Counted from the first letter of the stretch, positions 1-8,389 are shown. The stretch is DNA of 64,000 nt from Polyangiaceae bacterium (GCA_044376115.1 JBILLK010000009.1:160001-224000); one strand, 5' to 3'. Notes: generated from the letters alone by a model not told the origin. Made by a program: numbers and translations.

Positions 1-138
1 CCCTTCACCTTGCTCGAAGAGAGCGAAGTGAACCATTGGGGGAAGCTGGCTTTCAAGTGGATCTATTGGAATCTTTTACTTGAAGGCAAGGAACTGCCAC
101 TCGACCACCGCATGCTGATGGCAGGGAAGTGGGCATGA
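1..138 (+). CDS. sqr: 3' end (partial) of a sulfide:quinone oxidoreductase, type III-like flavoprotein
   Basis: Frame 1 reads PFTLLEESEVNHWGKLAFKWIYWNLLLEGKELPLDHRMLMAGKWA-stop (TGA 136-138). This matches the amphipathic C-terminus of type III SQRs that precede DUF1641/TusE/DsrE genes. ATGA overlap with the next gene. Confidence 0.7.
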   Translation, partial: PFTLLEESEVNHWGKLAFKWIYWNLLLEGKELPLDHRMLMAGKWA

Positions 139-1109
139 ATATGGACGCATTGCCGAACACCGATGTGCTGGGCAAGATTCAGCATCAGCTCGAATCGTTG
201 AACTCTCAGATGACGTCAATGGCTCTACAGCAACAGAAGAGTGATGAGCTCTTTGCGGAGTTCACACCAATCTTGCGGGAGGTGATGCGGTCAGCGACGA
301 ACAAACTCGCTGGGCTCGAGGCGCAAGGCTACTTCGCATTCGGAGCCGAGTCTCTCAAGTTGATTGAGCGCATAGTGAAGGGTTTTTCTCCCGATGATGT
401 GAAGCAGCTCGGGGATGCGTTGGTCTCCATCCTCGAGACGGTACGAGCTCTAACTCAGCCTGAGGTTCTGCAAGTCGCGACTGAGGCTTCTTCCGTGTTG
501 CAGAACGCCGGCGAGGCGGAGCCGCTGGGTATCTTTGGCATGGTGCGGGCCACGCGCGACGATGACGTGCAAAAAGGCATGGCGGTTCTGATGGAGCTGA
601 TGCGGCATGTCGGCCGTGCAGCTGCGATCATGGCAGCTCAGAAGCAGCGTTCCCCCCTTGCGGATAAACGCTCAAAATTGGAAGCCATCACAGGCGCCAA
701 GAAAAAAAAGAAGAAGAGAACGGGCGTTGAGCCGGCGGTAGCGCACGTCGAATTGGACGCCGCCGCGAGGTCTCGGCGTGGCCCTCCGGTTGCGCTCAAA
801 GTAGATGTGGCAGAGCTGGACGGAATTCAGTTCTCCTCGGATGGGCACCTTGCAGACCCCGCAAGCTGGAGCAGGCCGTTGGCGGAGAAGCTCGCTGCAG
901 CTGAAGGCCTGGAGCTGGGAGAGGCCCACTGGCAGGTGCTGCTCGCCGCGCGTGACGAGTACACGAAGACCCAGGCGTCACCCAATATTCGCAGGCTTAC
1001 TCAAATCCTCGGTATGTCGACGAAGCAGCTCTATGAGCTATTCCCACGGGCACCCGGGCGCACCGTCGCGAAGCTCGCCGGAACGCCGAAGCCCGGCGGA
1101 TGTATTTAG
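135..1109 (+). CDS. DUF1641-domain / TusE(DsrC/DsvC)-family sulfur carrier fusion protein
   Basis: N-terminal helical region ends in a DUF1641-like motif (LGIFGMVRATRDDDVQKGMAVL), then a Lys-rich linker. The C-terminal ~100 aa is TusE/DsrC-like (DGHLADPASWS, HWQVL..AR, LYELFP..PG, terminal GTPKPGGCI). Start taken at ATG 135, overlapping the sqr stop. Confidence 0.85.
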   Translation: MNMDALPNTDVLGKIQHQLESLNSQMTSMALQQQKSDELFAEFTPILREVMRSATNKLAGLEAQGYFAFGAESLKLIERIVKGFSPDDVKQLGDALVSILETVRALTQPEVLQVATEASSVLQNAGEAEPLGIFGMVRATRDDDVQKGMAVLMELMRHVGRAAAIMAAQKQRSPLADKRSKLEAITGAKKKKKKRTGVEPAVAHVELDAAARSRRGPPVALKVDVAELDGIQFSSDGHLADPASWSRPLAEKLAAAEGLELGEAHWQVLLAARDEYTKTQASPNIRRLTQILGMSTKQLYELFPRAPGRTVAKLAGTPKPGGCI

Positions 1110-1132
1110 TATGTAAGGACGAGGAACGTAAA

Positions 1133-1606
1133 ATGAGTATAGTGTCTAAAAAACGTAAGGTCGCCATCATCGCCTCCCACGGAGGGCTCGATGAGGCCTA
1201 CCCCGCCCTCATACTAGCCAATGCCGCCCGCCAGTCCGGTATTGAGGCCTTTGTGTTCTTTACCTTTTGGGGGCTGGACATCATCACCGAGAGCAAGGTG
1301 GATCACCTACATGTGAATCTCGCTGGAAATGCGAGTTCGGGTATGCCGACTATGCTTGCAGGCCTACCTGGTATGGAGAGCCTCGCCGCCAAAATGATGA
1401 AGAAGCAAATGGAGGAGCTTGAGCTGCCTTCCGTGCGAGAGATGCTGGAGATCCTCGATGAGTCAGGCGCTTCGCTCTACGCCTGTGAACTCGCAATGAA
1501 GATGTTCAAGCGCCGCGCCGAAGACTTAGTGCCACAATGCAAAGAAGTAATCACTGCAGGAGACTTCTACGACCTGAGTGAGGGCGCGCAGATCATCTTC
1601 ACGTAA
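1133..1606 (+). CDS. DsrE2/DrsE-family sulfurtransferase (DsrE/DsrF/DrsH-like)
   Basis: KVAIIAS, FFTFWGLD, LPSVREML, YACELAM (active Cys), terminal IIFT. GAGGA SD upstream of ATG 1133. Confidence 0.88.
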   Translation: MSIVSKKRKVAIIASHGGLDEAYPALILANAARQSGIEAFVFFTFWGLDIITESKVDHLHVNLAGNASSGMPTMLAGLPGMESLAAKMMKKQMEELELPSVREMLEILDESGASLYACELAMKMFKRRAEDLVPQCKEVITAGDFYDLSEGAQIIFT

Positions 1607-1610
1607 TGGC

Positions 1611-2440
1611 TCACTCCACCACGCCAGCGAGTTTGGCTCCTGTCAGGTTTGCGTTGGCCCGGTTCGCTTTTGTTAAGCGAGCCCCGGTAAGGTCCGCACC
1701 CTGAAGGTCCGCGTTCTGCAAACTAGCGCCGCTCAGGTTGGAGTTTAGAAGTTTGGCGCCGCCAGCGGCGACATGGTTCAGCACCGCCCCGTCGAGCTGT
1801 GCTCTTGAGAAGTCGGCTCGTTCTAGGTTAGCGCTCGTGAGGTCGGCGCCGGTCATGGCTGCAGAGCTGAACCTAGACTGTGTAAGCTTGGCGCGTGCGA
1901 GTCGCGCATTGACGAAGTTGGCGCCGTCGGCTGCGCAGTTCGTGAACTCTGTGTCCGCCAGGCTTGCGCCAGCGAAGTTTGCTTCATCGAGCGAAGACTT
2001 GCTGAAGGTGGCGAAGTCGAGCCAGGCCTCTTGAAAGTCCGCGCCGACGAGCAACGCCCGCGTAAAGTTGGCTCGGTTAGCTTTGATTCTGCGAAGCTTT
2101 GCGCCTGCGAGAGCAACGCCTGTTGCATCACAATCCGTCAAGTCTGCATCGTCCAGTACGGCTCCTTCGAGTCGCGCCCCTGCGAGCTTCGATCGGGCTA
2201 ACCGTGCTCGCTCGAAGCTGGCTTTGGCGCCAAACGCTTTCGTCAGATTTGCGTCCTCGAGGTCGGCGCCATCAAGCCGTGCGCCGGTGAGTTCGGCACC
2301 CGTGAGCAAGGTCGCCCAAAGGTTACTGCCAATCAGCTTAGCGCCGCTCAGGTTAGCGCCGTCGAGCCTTGACCGCGCAAACGACAGCCCCGATAGATCC
2401 AGCCCCTGAAGATCAACGCCGGTTAGGTCCAGGTCTTCCA
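1611..2440 (-). repeat. Pentapeptide-repeat coding tract
   Basis: Continuous A(D/N/K/R)(L/F)xx periodicity in the translation. Confidence 0.9.
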
Positions 2441-3494
2441 ATGAGGCGCGCGCCGCCGCAAGTTCAATGACCGCCCGCGTAGGATTTTCGAGTCGACGAA
2501 GCTCGCGCGGTTCAGTGGGCGGCACGCGTGGCTGAACTTTTGCTGGGGCTTCGGCAACCACGCTATGCGACTCGTGGGGGATAGCCACTGCCAAGGTCTC
2601 GGGGGCTTGGGTCTCGGGCGCGGGCTCCTCAAAGTTACCGCCGAGAATCGTTTCCACCGCAAGTAACTTTGCCGTGGGTTGGAGCTGGGTGACGGCGCGC
2701 CAAATCACCTGAGCCTCGAGTCGCTCGGCGTCGATGAACAGCGTGTCGAGCAGGAACATGAGCGGCGGCAGCGCTACGCCATCTACGCTGATGTTTGCGT
2801 TGACGCTGAGCGCAGGTAGCCAAGTCCTAAACTCTGGCACGTTCGCAACAAGATTGACGAGGACGATGCCCTCACTGCCTCGTAGCGGCTGGCACTGTTG
2901 ATCCGCAGGTGCAGGGTTGAAGAATCGCGGGTCAATGCGGTCGGGCAGCTCAAGGATGTTGTCACGGATGCCGATCGGGGCAGGTAAGAGCTTGACTCGC
3001 GGACCCCAGCTCGGTGCGATTGGCCCAAGCCCAACAGCAAGGGTTGGGTTGCGTGGGTTGAGCAGCAACGGATCCTCGGTGCCGACGGGATTATCGGAGG
3101 TCCTAAGGGCCTGTTCCCAGCCGAGTGGGATCTTCCCGTTGCGCTCGGCCGCAAGGACTTTGTCGACCACCGGGGTGTCTGTTCCAACCAGGACTCTTCC
3201 AAGCGCTGGTTGCTGGGCGGAGGCGTCCTGTGCATAGAGAAATCCGGAAACCAAAACAGCTCCGCCGCCGCTAAATGGAGCTGTTTCATCCGCGCGATCC
3301 AGTGCTCCGCTGGGCCTGAGCGCATCATGCCAATTGATCGCTTGCGGGGGCCGGCGAGTGGCAAGGCGACCATGTTGTAGCGTGAGCGAGGCTTTGAGCA
3401 CCACCGTCCCGTAGAAGGCCCCTCGGTACCTCGACCACGTTACGAGATGTGAAAGGTAAGCATCACACTGCGTTCGAACTTGGGGCGGACTCAC
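1611..3494 (-). CDS. DUF2169 domain + pentapeptide-repeat protein (T6SS accessory TagAB-like architecture)
   Basis: N-terminal DUF2169 motifs (TVVLKAS, GLGPIAPSWGPR, DPRFFNPAPADQQ, LDTLFID..RL...WRA). The C-terminal ~270 aa is A(D/N)LxG/A pentapeptide repeats. Confidence 0.85.
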   Translation of the reverse strand: MSPPQVRTQCDAYLSHLVTWSRYRGAFYGTVVLKASLTLQHGRLATRRPPQAINWHDALRPSGALDRADETAPFSGGGAVLVSGFLYAQDASAQQPALGRVLVGTDTPVVDKVLAAERNGKIPLGWEQALRTSDNPVGTEDPLLLNPRNPTLAVGLGPIAPSWGPRVKLLPAPIGIRDNILELPDRIDPRFFNPAPADQQCQPLRGSEGIVLVNLVANVPEFRTWLPALSVNANISVDGVALPPLMFLLDTLFIDAERLEAQVIWRAVTQLQPTAKLLAVETILGGNFEEPAPETQAPETLAVAIPHESHSVVAEAPAKVQPRVPPTEPRELRRLENPTRAVIELAAARASLEDLDLTGVDLQGLDLSGLSFARSRLDGANLSGAKLIGSNLWATLLTGAELTGARLDGADLEDANLTKAFGAKASFERARLARSKLAGARLEGAVLDDADLTDCDATGVALAGAKLRRIKANRANFTRALLVGADFQEAWLDFATFSKSSLDEANFAGASLADTEFTNCAADGANFVNARLARAKLTQSRFSSAAMTGADLTSANLERADFSRAQLDGAVLNHVAAGGAKLLNSNLSGASLQNADLQGADLTGARLTKANRANANLTGAKLAGVVE

Positions 3495-3578
3495 CGCTCT
3501 CTCATAGCACTAGCCGCGTAACCCTGAAATGCGCATTAGCGTGCGAGAGCTGCTGCTGACGAGGACGCGGAGCTAGCG

Positions 3579-4136
3579 TCAACGAGCCTGCTCAAATATC
3601 ACTTTCCCGTCTTTCTCGATTGTCCAGAGCTTGCCGGCTCGTACGCTGAAGGGACTGCCCTCCAGCGTGTAGAGCGTGGGAGTAGAGCGCTTTAGCCGTA
3701 GCGGAGCGGGCTCCGAAAGCACCACCAGCTCCACCGTGGCGTTGTTCGCGGGGCTGCGGTCTTCACCCGCAAATACGATGAAGGCGGAGATTACAGCAGT
3801 GCTACCCGACGGAAGTGGCACCGGATCCAAGCGCAGCCCCTGCTCGAAGAGTCGCAAGCAACGGTTTCGAATTGGGGACCAGGTCATTCCGGCTGAGGCT
3901 AGGCAGCCGGTTCCGTCGTCTTCCGCGCCAAAGCCCGTCTCATCAGCGGCTGGGGGCGGCGTATTGGCGCTAGCGCTGGGTAGGGCGCTTGTTGCGTTAG
4001 CGGTTGGCGAAGCCGTTGCCGCGAGCATGGGTGCAGCGCTCGGGCTCGTTGGGCTGGTGCTAACGGGTGGTGTAGCGGAGTTACAAGCGCCCAAGCTGAT
4101 TGAGCCCAATAGACCGAGGAGGTAAGAGACGCGCAT
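3579..4136 (-). CDS. Hypothetical lipoprotein (Ser/Thr/Ala/Pro linker + small Cys-containing domain)
   Basis: Signal MRVSYLLGLLGSISLGAC (lipobox LGAC). The domain G.DD.GCLASAGMTWS....RCLRLFE resembles a widespread uncharacterised lipoprotein domain. Confidence 0.75.
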   Translation of the reverse strand: MRVSYLLGLLGSISLGACNSATPPVSTSPTSPSAAPMLAATASPTANATSALPSASANTPPPAADETGFGAEDDGTGCLASAGMTWSPIRNRCLRLFEQGLRLDPVPLPSGSTAVISAFIVFAGEDRSPANNATVELVVLSEPAPLRLKRSTPTLYTLEGSPFSVRAGKLWTIEKDGKVIFEQAR

Positions 4137-4348
4137 AGCCGCTTCTACCAAGAAATGACCTGCGACGGGCGGTCATTCCAAGCTCGTAGTCGTACCCTTT
4201 TTCAGGTTGCGCCGGGGGCTTTGGCGGCTGCCGCAGGGCGTCGCGTGCGCTAGTGACTAATAGGTAATCGCTAGTCGCTAATCCCTGGCTGTTTGCGTCG
4301 CCTTCAGGAGGCTTGGCTGTGATCGATTGGGCTCTCCGTGGTCGGTCG

Positions 4349-4912
4349 TCAGTTCGACCCAGCGCCGCTGCCACCAGCGCCGCCTGCTCCGCCGCTGCCA
4401 CCAACACCGCCTGCTCCGCCGCTGCCACCAGCACCGCCCCCGCCTCCCGCGCCACCAGCACCGCCCCCGCCTCCCGCGCCACCAGCAGCGCCCCCGCCTC
4501 CCGCGCCACCAGCAGCGCCGCCGCCTCCCGCTGTGCCGCCGCCTCCCGCTGTGCCGCCGCCTCCCGCTGTGCCGCCGCCAGCGCCTAGTTCACAATCATC
4601 AAGGCAGCTGCAGACCTTCTTTCCAGGAATTGGTGCGGCAATACCAACAACGGAGTCCTCACGTTGAATGCATACGGAATCGTCAGGGCACTTGTTGTCC
4701 TCGGTGCAGAGCGTCACAGCAATGCATGACTTTCCGAAGCCATCCTCTTCACAGACGGCATCCGCGCCGCAGTCGAAGTCCTGCTTGCAATCGTCGAAGT
4801 CAACGTCACAACCCGAGTAGCTGAAACAGGACGGAGCGATCAACGCGATAAGCGCAAGAACAGCGGCGGGAGAAGCTTTTTTGGAGAACTTGGAGCGATT
4901 CGTCGAAGTCAT
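4349..4912 (-). CDS. Cys-rich/Gly-rich myxobacterial-type lipoprotein
   Basis: Hydrophobic signal ending ...LIAPSC, two CxxDxxC-xxxxxC repeats (CKQDFDCGADAVC, CTEDNKCPDDSVC), long GGAGG tail. Confidence 0.7.
   Translation of the reverse strand: MTSTNRSKFSKKASPAAVLALIALIAPSCFSYSGCDVDFDDCKQDFDCGADAVCEEDGFGKSCIAVTLCTEDNKCPDDSVCIQREDSVVGIAAPIPGKKVCSCLDDCELGAGGGTAGGGGTAGGGGTAGGGGAAGGAGGGGAAGGAGGGGGAGGAGGGGGAGGSGGAGGVGGSGGAGGAGGSGAGSN
4365..4585. repeat. Low-complexity coding tandem repeats (18-bp and 27-bp units encoding GGGGTA and GGGG(A/G)AGGA)
   Basis: gccgccgcctcccgctgt x3 near 4517-4570 and ccaccagca(c/g)cgcccccgcctcccgcg x3 near 4425-4505. Confidence 0.85.
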
Positions 4913-5227
4913 GAAACCCCTTGAGCAAGCGCTATGCCCAAGGTCCGCGCGCGCCGTTTCGCACGACAAAGAGCGCCGAACGTTGGCTAGTTAAGCGCAG
5001 TCCGCGCGGGGCCCCCCGTGTTTCCTGCCTCTCGCCATGACGGCGACGTCTCGCTTGGCTCCCGCGCTTGGACGATGGCAGCGTCGGAAGGCTTCAAGCG
5101 TTTGGATGTGTTGCCTAAATTCGCGCCGAATTTGGGAGTTATCGATGCTCTCGAGGTGCCATCACGAACCGTGTTCGCCCCCCCTGACAATCGCGTCTCA
5201 CCAGATTCAAGCGATGGGCTTTGCCCA

Positions 5228-5252
5228 GGTGCGGCCGTAACCGGGCCGCACC
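5228..5252 (-). other. GC-rich stem-loop just downstream of the extended rhodanese CDS (no U-tract; stabiliser or weak terminator)
   Basis: Perfect 9-bp inverted repeat GGTGCGGCC-N7-GGCCGCACC, 17 nt past the stop at 5269-5271. Confidence 0.5.
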
Positions 5253-5268
5253 GGGCCAAAGCCACGGT

Positions 5269-5697
5269 TCACGTCTCCAGTTTCTTCCCCGCTTTCTTCC
5301 AACCGGCAATGCCGGCGGGCATCACGTAAACTTTCTTGTAGCCCAGACCTTGTGCCGCGACCGCGGCAGTATGGCAGGCGCTTCAATGGTCGTTAGCGCA
5401 ATAGAATACGAGTGTCGCCTCCTTGTCCGCGGGCAACACCTCCGCTTTGACCTTCTCGATCCACTTGGCGCCAGGTACCCGGCCTGCGTCGAAGACCTCT
5501 TTGGGGTTTACGTCGAATACGAAGAACGAAGCATCATTTTTTGAGATGCGTGTCTCAACCTCATCAACAGTGAGTTCCGGGATTTTGGCGTGCTCGGATT
5601 GGCCGTTCGCGGAGCCGTCGCGTGACGAGCATCCGGATTGAACTGCCGCGCCGAGCGCTAATATCAGCGCAAGAGCAACGGGTTTGTGAGTGAACAT
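5269..5697 (-). CDS. Exported rhodanese-domain (lipo)protein with in-frame UGA, probable selenoprotein (CANDH-U-SAC)
   Basis: The ORF track stops at TGA 5385-5383, but the frame continues SACHTAAVAAQGLGYKKVYVMPAGIAGWKKAGKKLET-stop. That is the canonical rhodanese C-terminus (GY..V....GI.GW..AG), giving 142 aa. The N-terminus has a signal peptide ending in SGC. Confidence 0.85.
5345..5382 (-). promoter_or_regulatory. Candidate bacterial SECIS element
   Basis: mRNA 3' of the UGA reads agcgccugccauac-UGCCGC-GGUC-GCGGCA-caaggu. It has a perfect 6-bp apical stem, a G-initiated 4-nt loop starting 21 nt after the UGA, and a possible lower stem gccu-ug/ca-aggu. Confidence 0.7.
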
Positions 5698-5795
5698 GAG
5701 GAAGTTGTAACGAACCCGGCGGTGAAAGTCTCGTGCTCGTTCTTTGGCATCAGCGCGCTATAACTGCCCGTCCCCTCCAACGAACGGAACCTGCC

Positions 5796-6647
5796 ATGAG
5801 CGATGCACCCTCCTATACGCCGCCTAAAGTCTGGACCTGGAACAAGGACAACGGCGGTCAGTTTTCGAAGATCAATCGGCCTACAGCGGGAGCAACCCAC
5901 GAGAAGGTCCTGCCCGTAGGGCGTCACCCCTTACAGCTGTATTCGCTCGGGACGCCCAACGGTGTGAAGGTAACGGTCTTGCTGGAGGAGCTGCTCGAAC
6001 TCGGGCACAACGACGCTGAGTACGACGCTTGGCTCATCAACATCGGGGATGGCGATCAGTTTGGCAGCGGCTTCGTCGAGATCAACCCAAACTCGAAGAT
6101 CCCGGCGTTGATGGACCACTCTACTTCCCCGCCAACGCGCGTCTTTGAGTCCGGAGCGATACTGCTTTATTTGGCAGAGAAGTTCGGGGCGTTCCTGCCC
6201 AAGGATGCGCGGAAGCGTACTGAATGTCTCTCTTGGCTCTTCTGGCAGATGGGTAGCGCGCCCTACTTGGGTGGTGGCTTTGGCCACTTCTATGCCTACG
6301 CGCCCATCAAGATCGAATACTGCATCGACCGATTTGCTATGGAGGTAAAGCGCCAGCTTGACGTGCTGGACCGTCAGTTGGCTGATAAACAATTCATCGC
6401 CGGGGATGAATACACCATAGCCGATATGGCGATCTGGCCCTGGTATGGCGCGCTCGCGGCTGGCTTGGTGTACAACGCTGCGGAGTTCCTGGATACCGCT
6501 AGCTATAAGCACGTCAACCGTTGGAACAGCGAGTTAGCGGAGCGCCCAGCCGTCAAGCGCGGCCGACGAGTGAACCGCACCTTCGGTAGTCCTGAAAGCC
6601 AGTTGAAGGAGCGTCACGACAAGAGCGATTTTGACCCTCCCAAGTAA
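5796..6647 (+). CDS. yghU: Glutathione-dependent disulfide-bond oxidoreductase (GST nu class, YghU)
   Basis: YTPPKVWTW, INRPTAGA, LYSLGTPNGVKV, INPNSKIPAL, FESGAILLYLAEKFG, WQMGSAPYLGGGFGHFY, ERHD.SDF. Confidence 0.95.
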   Translation: MSDAPSYTPPKVWTWNKDNGGQFSKINRPTAGATHEKVLPVGRHPLQLYSLGTPNGVKVTVLLEELLELGHNDAEYDAWLINIGDGDQFGSGFVEINPNSKIPALMDHSTSPPTRVFESGAILLYLAEKFGAFLPKDARKRTECLSWLFWQMGSAPYLGGGFGHFYAYAPIKIEYCIDRFAMEVKRQLDVLDRQLADKQFIAGDEYTIADMAIWPWYGALAAGLVYNAAEFLDTASYKHVNRWNSELAERPAVKRGRRVNRTFGSPESQLKERHDKSDFDPPK

Positions 6648-6650
6648 GCG

Positions 6651-7886
6651 CTATTGGCGGTAGCTAGCGTTGGTTCCAGGCGGAAAAAGAATCTGCGCTG
6701 TTTGTACCGCCATCTGTAGGTGACTAGCGAGCTGTGTGGCCCCCGCGATGGGGGCCTTCACGAACCACGAGAGCCCGTGCTGGGTGAAGAAGACAGCTTC
6801 TGAGCTAGCGGCGATAGCGACGAGGTTCTGCCTTAGCAACGGTGGATTGAACAACGCTTGCGCGGCTTCGCAGGTCCCGCGCGTTATGAAGGTATCGTCG
6901 AACATTCGGTCGCCAATCGTGGCGATCTGCTGTCCCAGCATCACTGTGGTCCCGAGATGGTCCAGCGCGCGCGTCAAGGTTCTCGCTGTGGAGCCCAACG
7001 GCAGGTCGTCGCGGTCGGAGCCGAACTTGGAGAGCTCAACCGGGTGGTTGAGGGCGCGCGGCCATTGAACCGAAACGACTGTGTGGACTGTGGCCACGGA
7101 GTAGTCCGCGACAATCTCGAGGGGAATGCCCTGCAGAGAGCCATGAAGCTTCATCCGCGCAGGGTCGAACTCCAATCCGGCCGACGTCGCGACTTGATGC
7201 CACACTTGCTGCGTTGCGCGTTCGTGGGGCTGGACGATCATCCGCGGCCAGCGAACCTCAATCTGGTCGCGGAACCAAAGTGCAGCCTCCAAGAATCGGA
7301 GCAGCCTCCCTGCGTGGCTCACCCGCCCCGGCAGCTTGAAATGCACCTTCGAGTCCGTGACAACGAGGTTGTCGGCTCCGCCTTTGGCGAGGGCAGTGAG
7401 GAACATTTCGTCCTCCGCCGAGCGAGGGGCGAAGAGCGAGCGCAGCTTGACCGCGTCGAGCGACTCCACCCGAAGCGCCTTGTCGGCCCCCTCGTGACCC
7501 AACCGCTGATCTTCCCCCTGAAAGACGCTCTGTAGCGGGCGGCTTTTGGCGATGTGAAGGCCCATGTTGAGCGGCGGATCGATCGGCACGACGACCGAGG
7601 TCCACCAGCTCCCTGATTCACTGCCGTCGCTGTCCCCTTCGAACAGTTGCGAGAGGTTGTTTGGCGTCAGGAACTGGGTCAGCGCGAACGTGCGCCCGTT
7701 GCGCGTGCCACGAAGGGCATGTGCCGATTCAACGTTCGAGTGGACCTGTGCTCCCAGCCGTGCCTCACTGCGGCGAAAGCTGGCTCGCTCGTTGAAAGGC
7801 TCGAGGGCTCGATACGCCTGCAGGCCCAGTGTAGTTCTGAGCTGAGACCATTCTGCTGACCTCTGTTTCGTGCGAGTGGCGGTCAT
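6651..7886 (-). CDS. Hypothetical protein with two diverged copies of one domain
   Basis: 411-aa ORF. Motif T.V.V...P.L...L.(I/L).K...(L/I)G....D..(L/F)......LF appears twice. Converges on the yghU stop with a 3-nt gap. Confidence 0.7.
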   Translation of the reverse strand: MTATRTKQRSAEWSQLRTTLGLQAYRALEPFNERASFRRSEARLGAQVHSNVESAHALRGTRNGRTFALTQFLTPNNLSQLFEGDSDGSESGSWWTSVVVPIDPPLNMGLHIAKSRPLQSVFQGEDQRLGHEGADKALRVESLDAVKLRSLFAPRSAEDEMFLTALAKGGADNLVVTDSKVHFKLPGRVSHAGRLLRFLEAALWFRDQIEVRWPRMIVQPHERATQQVWHQVATSAGLEFDPARMKLHGSLQGIPLEIVADYSVATVHTVVSVQWPRALNHPVELSKFGSDRDDLPLGSTARTLTRALDHLGTTVMLGQQIATIGDRMFDDTFITRGTCEAAQALFNPPLLRQNLVAIAASSEAVFFTQHGLSWFVKAPIAGATQLASHLQMAVQTAQILFPPGTNASYRQ

Positions 7887-7900
7887 CCGCGGCCTTCAGT

Positions 7901-8389
7901 TTAGGAGCCGAGTTTCTCTGGAATCACGAGCTCTGAGACGACGCTCGCCAACAAGTTCTCATCGCAAGAAAAGACGAGGTTGCCGTCGACGTTGGTCACT
8001 CCCCGAATGCCGCGTGAGTACTGGCCAGCGCCGACGTTCGGGGTGGGGGAGAGCGCTCCGGCGGTTCCCACGACGTCGAGCACGCGGTCCACGACAAAGC
8101 CCACGAGCCCGTATTGCGTGCGCGTGAGGATCCATTTGGCCGAACGCAGCTGCGCAGGCTCCATTCCGAAACGAAGCCGGAGATCCACTACCGGTGTCAC
8201 ACGCCCACGGTGATCGAAGACGCCGACGATGCTGGGCCCCATATGCGGCAAGGGCGTGATTGCGTGCGGATGGACGACCTCTTCGACCGTGTGGACGTCA
8301 AACGAGTACGTGGTATCGGAGACGACAAAGCGCACGAGGTTCTTCTGCTCGCCGCGGAGCTTTTGACTACGTCGCGAGGCCCCGATCAT
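7901..8389 (-). CDS. cheW: Chemotaxis coupling protein CheW
   Basis: LVRFVV...YSFDV..VEEVV, ITPLPH, GVFDHRGRVTPVVDL, VGFVVDRV. Confidence 0.92.
   Translation of the reverse strand: MIGASRRSQKLRGEQKNLVRFVVSDTTYSFDVHTVEEVVHPHAITPLPHMGPSIVGVFDHRGRVTPVVDLRLRFGMEPAQLRSAKWILTRTQYGLVGFVVDRVLDVVGTAGALSPTPNVGAGQYSRGIRGVTNVDGNLVFSCDENLLASVVSELVIPEKLGS

Noticed and set aside
4365..4585. Tandem repeats as a possible CRISPR array
   Set aside because: Units are contiguous multiples of 3 within a CDS, with no unique spacers and no cas genes.
4338..4824. Poly-Pro and Arg/His/Cys repeat ORFs on the + strand
   Set aside because: Alternative-frame readings of the Gly-rich repeat. The - strand frame has a signal peptide and a coherent Cys-rich domain.
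4987..5265. 92-aa ORF or possible ncRNA with hairpin CCTAAATTCG-CGC-CGAATTTGGG (5114-5136)
   Set aside because: No protein motif, no tRNA cloverleaf (including tRNA-Sec) and no recognisable RNA family. A single hairpin is insufficient evidence.
5269..5385. Rhodanese as a nonsense pseudogene
   Set aside because: The downstream frame is intact, the TGA falls in a Cys-type position forming UxxC, and a SECIS-like hairpin follows. Sec recoding is more parsimonious, though unproven without selABCD.
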